From Prorocentrum cordatum (Eukaryota), in the NCBI GenBank assembly GCA_963575745.1, contig CAUYUJ010000154.1, positions 62,001-117,490 of the forward strand: a DNA stretch of 55,490 bases, in the 5' to 3' direction. Positions 48,795-55,490 of this stretch are shown here, piece after piece. Under the pieces are notes generated by a model. The model did no database searches and was not told where the DNA came from. It saw only the letters and a list, made by a program, of their open reading frames with translations. The translations under genes and the position numbers were made by a program. Every line of letters starts with the position of its first letter. Within the stretch, counting starts at the first letter, position 1.

Positions 48795-50247
48795 CTAGGC
48801 GGGCTCATCCCTCCTGTCGGGCCAGCATGAGCTCGAGCTTGATCCCCACCAGCCCTGGCGCTGTGAGGAGTCCTTTGCCCACCAGCCCTGGCGCTGCGAG
48901 TCCTTTGCCCACCAGCCCTGGCCCTGCGATTCCCAGCTGGGCACCCTGCTCGTCCAGTCCTCCTCCCGCGGCTTATCCTTGCACGGCATTGCTTTAGCTG
49001 GTGCCCCCGTGTCGTCTATGGCTTCTGGCTCTTCGAGGTCGTTCTTCTCTGCCTCCTTGCGCTCTTTCGCCTGCTTCGGCTCTTTCTTGCGTTTCTTCTT
49101 CTCCCTATCTTTCTCATCTGCCACTTCGCGCTCTGCTGCCTCCACCTGCTCAGCTGGCTGCGTGGCGATATCGATCTCCTTCTCGGGATCCACTGGAAGG
49201 CGCAGAATTTCCTCGTCCTCCTCCACTGACTTGATCGTCCGCCCCCCGCTTTTCTCTTGCTCACGGGTTCTCTTCGCGCTCTTCATCGCAGGGAACACGA
49301 AATTGTCATGATAGAGCTCATCCAATCGTCGACCGAACTCCCGAATTAAACCGAACATCTCATCAACTCCAGGCTTTCCCGCGTGCGACGCGATGATCTC
49401 GAATAAGGCCTTTTCCTTCGAGATGATCTTCACGTTGAGCACCTCATCTTCTTCGCGGTCCCAAGCCATCATGTAGTTTGGGCCCCCCATGGCCTTGTCA
49501 TTGTCTCGCTTCAGGGTTGCCTTCGGCCTTAAAATCAAGCGCACGGTCGTGAAATCTCGCCGAGTGTCCCAGCTGCTGTCGTCCATCCGCTGCTCGGCGA
49601 CCTTTGGGATGACAGGGCGAGGCGAGGAGGAGGGATGACACAGGGGGGATGGGAGGGGCGGCAAGGAGGATGTGATGCGGACCTTAGCCTCCAGCTCTTC
49701 CGCATCCTCGGCCTTCAAACGCGAGGTCTCCTCGCGGCGCCTTGTTTTTTTTCTCCCCCCTTGCAGCGATGTCATCGAAAATGCGCCTCGAGTTCTTGTC
49801 CGACTTCTTTTTCTCCTTTATCTTCTCAGCTTTCTTGTGCTTATTCTGATTCTTTCCCTCCTCCTCTGGATCTCGAGCTGTCTCTTCCGCTGGCTTCTCC
49901 TCGTCCCAGTCAAGCGAACATGCTGGCGACCTCTTGCCATCGTCGTCGGCATCTGATGTACTCGAGGATATATCTTCTTGCGGCTTAGCTCTCTCCCTCT
50001 TCTCGTCTAGCTCGTTCCTAAACTTCGCCAGCATCTCGTGCGCGAGCGCCATTGCTTGAGGAGTGATGTCAGGTGGGCACTCGACCTCTTTCCTCGCCTC
50101 GGCATCCTTCTTCTGCTCATTGGCCCCTCCTCCTCCTCCTCCTCGAGATCCTCCTCCTCCCTCAGCGCTGCTCGCCGCCTGCATGGCGTCGCACGGCCGC
50201 GGCCGCACGCTGGGGCGCAGCCAGGGTTCAGCCGAGCGCGGCTGCAT
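48795..50247 (-). pseudogene. Unknown charged protein downstream of the transposase, split by a frameshift or intron near 49700-49775
   Basis: Overlapping 187-aa and 326-aa ORFs with protein-like composition and a globular-looking core (FTTVRLILRPK...YHDNFVFPAM). Confidence 0.5.
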
Positions 50248-50261
50248 ATAGAGAATTCACC

Positions 50262-50632
50262 ACATTCCTACGGTCAACATTCCTACGGTCAGAACTCCTA
50301 CGTTGCAAATTCATACGCTCAACATTCCTACGGCACACATTCCTACGCTCGACATTCCTACGCGTAGGAATTGGGAGCGCAGGAATTCGAGGCGTAGGAG
50401 TTGGGAGCGTAGGAGTTGGGAGCGTAGGAGTTGCGAAGGAGTTGCGTAGGAGTTATTATGTGTTTCTCTTTAGGAGGCGAAGGGGTTGCGAAGGAGTTGC
50501 GTAGGAAAGTGGGTGCGTAGGAGTTTGAAGTTGCGTAGGAAAGTGAGTGCGTAGGAATGCTGTGCGTGGGAAAGTGAGCGAGGGAGTTAGAGTAGGAATG
50601 TCGTGCGTAGGAATGTTGCGAAGGAATGCTTT
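50262..50632. repeat. CATTCCTACG / CGTAGGA(A/G)T motif array that switches orientation at about 50362
   Basis: About 6 forward copies, the palindrome ATTCCTACGCGTAGGAAT, then more than 10 reverse copies. Confidence 0.85.
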
Positions 50633-50659
50633 GCTATATATGCCATCAACCCTCTGGCA

Positions 50660-53183
50660 TCAATCCTCTCTGGGCCGCTTATTCCGGGTTCTGGGGTCGC
50701 CATCCTGGATGTTACCGTGCAAGTGGGTGACTGTGTTCATGCGGCCGAGGACCTCGAAACATTGGAACACTGATTTCTCCATGGTGGCCCTGTGGGACCG
50801 TTCTGCGCACAGCCTCAAAAGATAGTTTAGAGACTCATCCACGAAAGTGTCGTACTCTGAAGGCGACCCCATGCATTCGCTCCCTGTGGGACCGTTCTGC
50901 GCGCAGCCTCAAAAGATAGTTTAGAGACTCATCCACGAAAGTGTCGCACTCTGAAGGCGACCCCATGTATTCGCTCCTAGGGGTGCACAAGAACCCCCCT
51001 TCATTTCTCATGCCCCCCTTCCCTGTTCATCCTTAGCATCTTTCCCGTTCCCTGACCCGTCTTCCTCCTCCTCCTCCTCCTCCTCCTCCTCCTCATCATC
51101 CCCTTCTCCTCCTTATAATGCTTCCAGTGGTTCAAGTTTTTAACCCCATGCTCCTTTTCGTCAGTTGCCCGAAGAGGTGGAACTTCGGAGTGGAGTGGAT
51201 CTTAGCGAGGTCGCAGTTCACCAGGAAAACGACGCAACTCTCGCGCAACACTTGGTACTCCGACACTGTCGGCTTAGACTTCGCGGAGTGGTAAACCCGC
51301 ATCCAAGTAAGCAGGGCCTCACCTGCTTCAACGAGCTCCTTTCCATGCGGGACTTCGCAGCCCGATCCTACATGATACTTCAACTTGTTGACTGCGAACT
51401 TCAGAATCTGGAAGGTTTCCGAACCTTTCAACTTGCAAATTCCTCCTCCAAAGCAGGCGCACTCCTCTCCTGGAAACATCTTCTCGTTCAGCGTTCCGAT
51501 CTTATTTTCATGCGGCACCTCCTCCTCCTCATAATATGTCATGAGTTCTGCCTCAAGTCGGTTCCAAACCGTTGATCGCGGCGCACCCCAAGGATTTGCA
51601 AACGTGAGTCTGCGCAAGACCGCGCTGACATACCTCTGCATGCATCCAAGGTGCACCGTGTGCAACGTGTCTAGCGCGAGCGACCGCACTGGCGATGTCC
51701 CGAGCGCCGCGCTGAACAGGGGGGACCTGTGAGTAACTGAGCCTAGTTTCCGCCCCAGGCAATCGCATCTCGGCCGCCAGAACACAGCTTTGAAGGGCAA
51801 GGGTACCTTGTGAAACTCGAGAGGTATCAGGCATTCAGGAGACGGCTCAAGACGGTCACCTTCCAGCAAGCCTAAGGGCGGACAATCGGCTTTCAACAGG
51901 AGGCCTTTGTTCTTCACTGGCACCAGCAATGCCCACAGCTTCCTGCGCGTTTCTTCTGTACCCACAACTACTTCGTGCTCGAAGGATTTACACGTTTCTT
52001 CGTACTCCTCCTCAGATCTATCTTCCCACAGCAAACCGCAGTTGTTCAAAAACTCGCCGTCCACGATCGGCAGCCCATCCTTAGAACATGGGCATATCGG
52101 ACAGCAGTCGTGCACGCACCCCCACCCAGCTAGGCCCATGGATTTGGCGAATTCTGCCCAGTCGCCTTTCAGCAGCACGACAACGCTCCTGAACGAAAAT
52201 TGCGTGGTGGGTTTCTCCCATGCTTCCCAGTCTGACCCGTCGTGTTTCTTGTCTGGCACCGAGCCCTTTATGAGGCATTGCAGCTGGAAGGACGCAACCT
52301 GCATCATAGAGTATATGGAGCAGTGCCCGCCACAACCACACCCGCACATTTCGCTCACCTTCATGAAGCCGAGTTGATGTCTCTTTTTTGATATCATATT
52401 TATTATTGAAACGTCCAAGATGCTGCCCTCCCTCTGAATTTACAAAGCACCCTGGCGCGTGAGCTGCATGGTTACCCCCCCCTCGCTAACGCCGAATGGT
52501 TGTATGTGTTGTTCGCGTGTACTTGTGAAGGGGCGAGGGGCGGGTGGGTGAGGGGGCGGCGGAGCTGACGCAGTCGAGAGCTCGTTTCGACCAGCCGTCT
52601 GCGCCGTGTACCTTACACCATCCATGTACACTGCCAAAGGCAGTGGGTAACCTCCTCCCTCCTGTAGGCACTCCTGGACGTGGGGGTGTTCTTGGTACAC
52701 CCTATTGGACATGAAACTGCTGTAATCGCCCGTGTCACCGTACCTCAACGATTCTTGAATGTCTTTATTCTCCTCGACTTCTGCTGCGATCGAGTGGAAG
52801 ACCTGCCTAAATAGGACCGTCTTGCTGCATTCATGCGAAGCCTTGCTCAGGAACGCTGGCACTCGAGCAGCGTAGAATGGCCCTCCGCCGGGCAAGTGTT
52901 TGTCCATCTCTTTTTTGCATCTGCCCGATTCAAGATCGGGCGGAAGACCGAAAGTTGACCATCTTCCTCCTGGCACATTGCATTGGGCTAGGTAACCACA
53001 GACAACACAAAAGTCTTTAGCTGATATCTTTTTGCACGAGGCCCATACAGTTAGCAGGATCTCAAAAGCCTTGCTTCCAGCAAGCCGCATCTCCTCTCCA
53101 GCCTCATTGCGTATGTACTGCCTTTTTGGCACTCCTCGGGCTGCCTTCGAGCGGCGGCGCCATTGCTTTTTTTTGGGCGCCAT
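50660..53183 (-). pseudogene. Spliced CACTA/EnSpm-Plavaka-like (CMC-type) DDE transposase; about 3 exons; C-terminus disrupted
   Basis: Starts MAPKKK. Motifs in order: VYMDGVRY, CGCGCGGHC, LKGDWAE...CCPIC, DTLHTVHLG, PKFH, MGSPSEYDTFVDESLN. Introns at about 52430-52585 (junction uncertain) and 50977-51153 (GA-AG). A 94-bp duplication frameshifts the last exon. Confidence 0.8.
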
Positions 53184-53670
53184 CTTAGATTGAGCCAACG
53201 TTGCTGCTGCAAATACAAACGCTCGTCTCTCTCTCTCTCTCTCTCTCTCTCCCTCTCTCTGGCATCTCAACCTCCTCTCCTCCTCTCTTCCCCCTCCTCT
53301 CCTCCCCCCCCCTCCTCCTCCTCTCCCCCCCCTCCCCCTCCCATCACTGCTCCTCCCGCCCTCCTCCCTCGCATGGGCCCCACGCCCACTCTCCGAAGCT
53401 CTACGTTCTACGATCTGCCTTCTCATTTTCCTGGGCACCCGCTCGCACTGTCCCATGCGGCCCCGTCCACAGCAGGGAATGCTCAGTGCTCGGCTGCCTC
53501 GCGCTCGCGCGCCTCCCGCCGCCTGGCTCTCCTCCCTCCTCAGCAGCTGCAGCCTCAGCGCCTGGCACGAGTCACAGCCGTCGAAGGTTTGAATTGTCGG
53601 CTGGGGCCCAATCGGGCCGCTCGCGAACGCTTCCCCGCCAGAAATCCCCTCTCCCCAAAGAGGCCCCCCA

Positions 53671-53805
53671 AACTCCTACGCAACTCCTTCGCAATTCCTC
53701 CGGTACATGTTTCTCCTACGCTGTCGTTGTTTTACATATATATAAATGGTTTCCTCCTCTTTCCTACGCATTCCCTCCGCCCAACATTCCTACGTAATTC
53801 CTCCG
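53671..53805. repeat. Second CCTACG motif array, inverted relative to 50363-50632
   Basis: AACTCCTACGCAACTCCTTCGCAA is the reverse complement of TTGCGAAGGAGTTGCGTAGGAGTT at about 50431. Confidence 0.75.
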
Positions 53806-54091
53806 GTACATGGGCGGCTGGGCGGATGGAATTTTCGGTGAAAACCACGTCGGATCAGGTTTTTCCTGGATCGGCCCTGGATCGGATCCCATTTTCCAGA
53901 ACCCCTCCTCAATTCCTCGCTCCTCCGCAAGCCTCCTGCGCTCCAGGCCTCCTGCCTCGAGCAGCCTTCCTCGGGCTTCCCGCCGCCAGCGTCTCTCCTC
54001 GGGCTTTCTGCCTGCGGCGCCTCTCTTCGAGCTTCCGCCTGCGCCTCTCCTGGGGCTTCCTGCCGTCAGCGCCTCTCCTCTCCTCGGCCTC

Positions 54092-55490
54092 CTAGTCCGA
54101 GTCGCTCGGGCTCTCACTTTTCTTCTGCTTCTCTTTCTTGTCCTTCTTGATCGCAGTCTTCTTGCCGCTCGATCCCCTGGGCTTCGCAGCTTCGCGCAGA
54201 CGCATCTCCTCTTCGTCTCTCGCCCAAGCCTGGCGGACTAGAACCTTTGCTTCCAGGAGAAGCTCTTCGATGTCTTTCTTCCAGCCCGCCACCTTGCCAC
54301 ACTGTGTCTCAAACTCAGCTGCAGTCACCTGGAGGCCGCTTTTTTTCGGGGGGGGGGGGGCGTCTAAACCCGAAACCGTTGTCCTGGGCTCTGGGAGTCA
54401 TGGCGAAATGGCCCCTCTCAAAATCTACACCCTCCAATCGGTTTCCCCAAATCCTCACATCCCCGCCTCGTCCCTCTTCGAATGCTCATCCAGCCGCGCC
54501 TGCTTCTTGTACGAGGCCTCATCCGTGACCATCATCTTCTGCAGGCTCTCGCTGGCAAACAGGCTCTGCACCTGGGCACGGACGGAGGGCGGGGAGCACC
54601 ATGAGATAGGATACCTTGTAAGGAGAGGCGAGCAGAAGGAGGGAGGCCAAGGAAGAGAATCAGACGACAAGAAGATGATTTAAACACGCCCACGGGCTCA
54701 GGATGCGGGGCGAGGGGTCCGAAGAACCCCAGGGTGCACGCGCGGCGGACGAGCTGAACGGTGGAGGTGGACAGGCAGCTTCGAGGTATCAAATTCCCGA
54801 ATTAATGGCAGGAGGGGCGGGCGCGAGAAGCTGACGAGCTATGGGAAGCCCATGGGCGATCGGCACGCCAATCAAGGCGCCTTATTCAGCTGGTCGTCCA
54901 TCGGCTTCCTCAGGTCATTCAGCTTCTCGCAGGACTTGTCGGTCTTAATGAGAGCCTCCACCTTGGATACCTCACCAAGGGCCTGCGTGTATGCCTGCTT
55001 CACGGCTCTGAACTTGGTCAGCCACTCTGGTGTTTTTTTTAGGCTCTTTAGGCGCCTTGCCGCAGTCTTTCTCCTTGACGCCGCCTTTTGATTTGCCGCC
55101 GTCTTTGTCTTTTTCTTTGCCAGCCTCTTTGGTCTTCTTGCCTTTCTCACTGTCTTTAGTCTTCTGCTCGTTGTCCGCAGTGCCTTTATCCTTCTTGTCT
55201 TTCTTTGGTTTGTCGCCCTCTTCGTCGGAGCCCGCTGCGCCCTCCTCTTCCTGATCCTCGATCTTTCTCCTCTTAGACGGTGGTTCCTCTTCTTCGTCGT
55301 CGTCTGCACCTCTCTCTCTCTGCTGGCCGCCGCCGCCCCATCCTCAAGAGCCGTTTCGTTCAACCACTTCTCAGTGCGAGTCCACCTTCTCGTGAATCTG
55401 TCGTTCAGTTGGTGACGCACGAGGAGAAATTCAAGGATGCCTCCCAGATCGCAGTATCTTGTGTAGATCCCGCCCATGATCGCACAACTA
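54092..55490 (-). CDS. Unknown Lys/Glu-rich, coiled-coil spliced gene upstream of the transposase (5' end outside window)
   Basis: GC-AG introns at 54572-54880 and 54329-54499 give an in-frame LNK|VQSLF...YKKQ|VTAAEF...SDSD*. Two apparently compensating frameshifts flank an acidic/Lys-rich stretch at about 55035-55320. Confidence 0.6.

Noticed and set aside
52440..53456. Transposase start at 53456
   Set aside because: The extension is translated (CT)n/(CCT)n; the ATG at 53183 is more plausible.

Overview
This is GC-rich, repeat-dense eukaryotic DNA, very probably from a dinoflagellate. The evidence is GC/GA/GT donors with AG|G acceptors and an 18S rDNA fragment of dinoflagellate type. Most six-frame ORFs are artefacts of microsatellites and GC-rich repeats. 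Four real layers are visible. (1) A minus-strand host gene that the ORF track does not assemble: seven phase-compatible micro-exons (30-78 nt, 350 nt in total) spread over about 40 kb (41157 to 1328). They splice into the C-terminal half of an endonuclease/exonuclease/phosphatase (sphingomyelinase-like) protein. (2) A near full-length, frameshifted non-LTR retrotransposon (ORF1, APE, RT, RNase H; about 9290-15790) inside one intron, flanked by (GGA)n on both sides. (3) A co-oriented multi-gene block at about 46.2-55.5 kb, centred on a spliced CACTA/Plavaka-like DDE transposase. The transposase is bracketed by inverted CCTACG motif arrays and accompanied by three or more unknown genes, which makes the block a candidate giant multi-gene DNA transposon. 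(4) Many non-autonomous elements: about 10 MITE-like families (some nested, some with GTAC or 8-bp target duplications), Helentron-like elements, an 18S rDNA fragment and long microsatellites. All family assignments come from motif recognition by eye; no searches were run.
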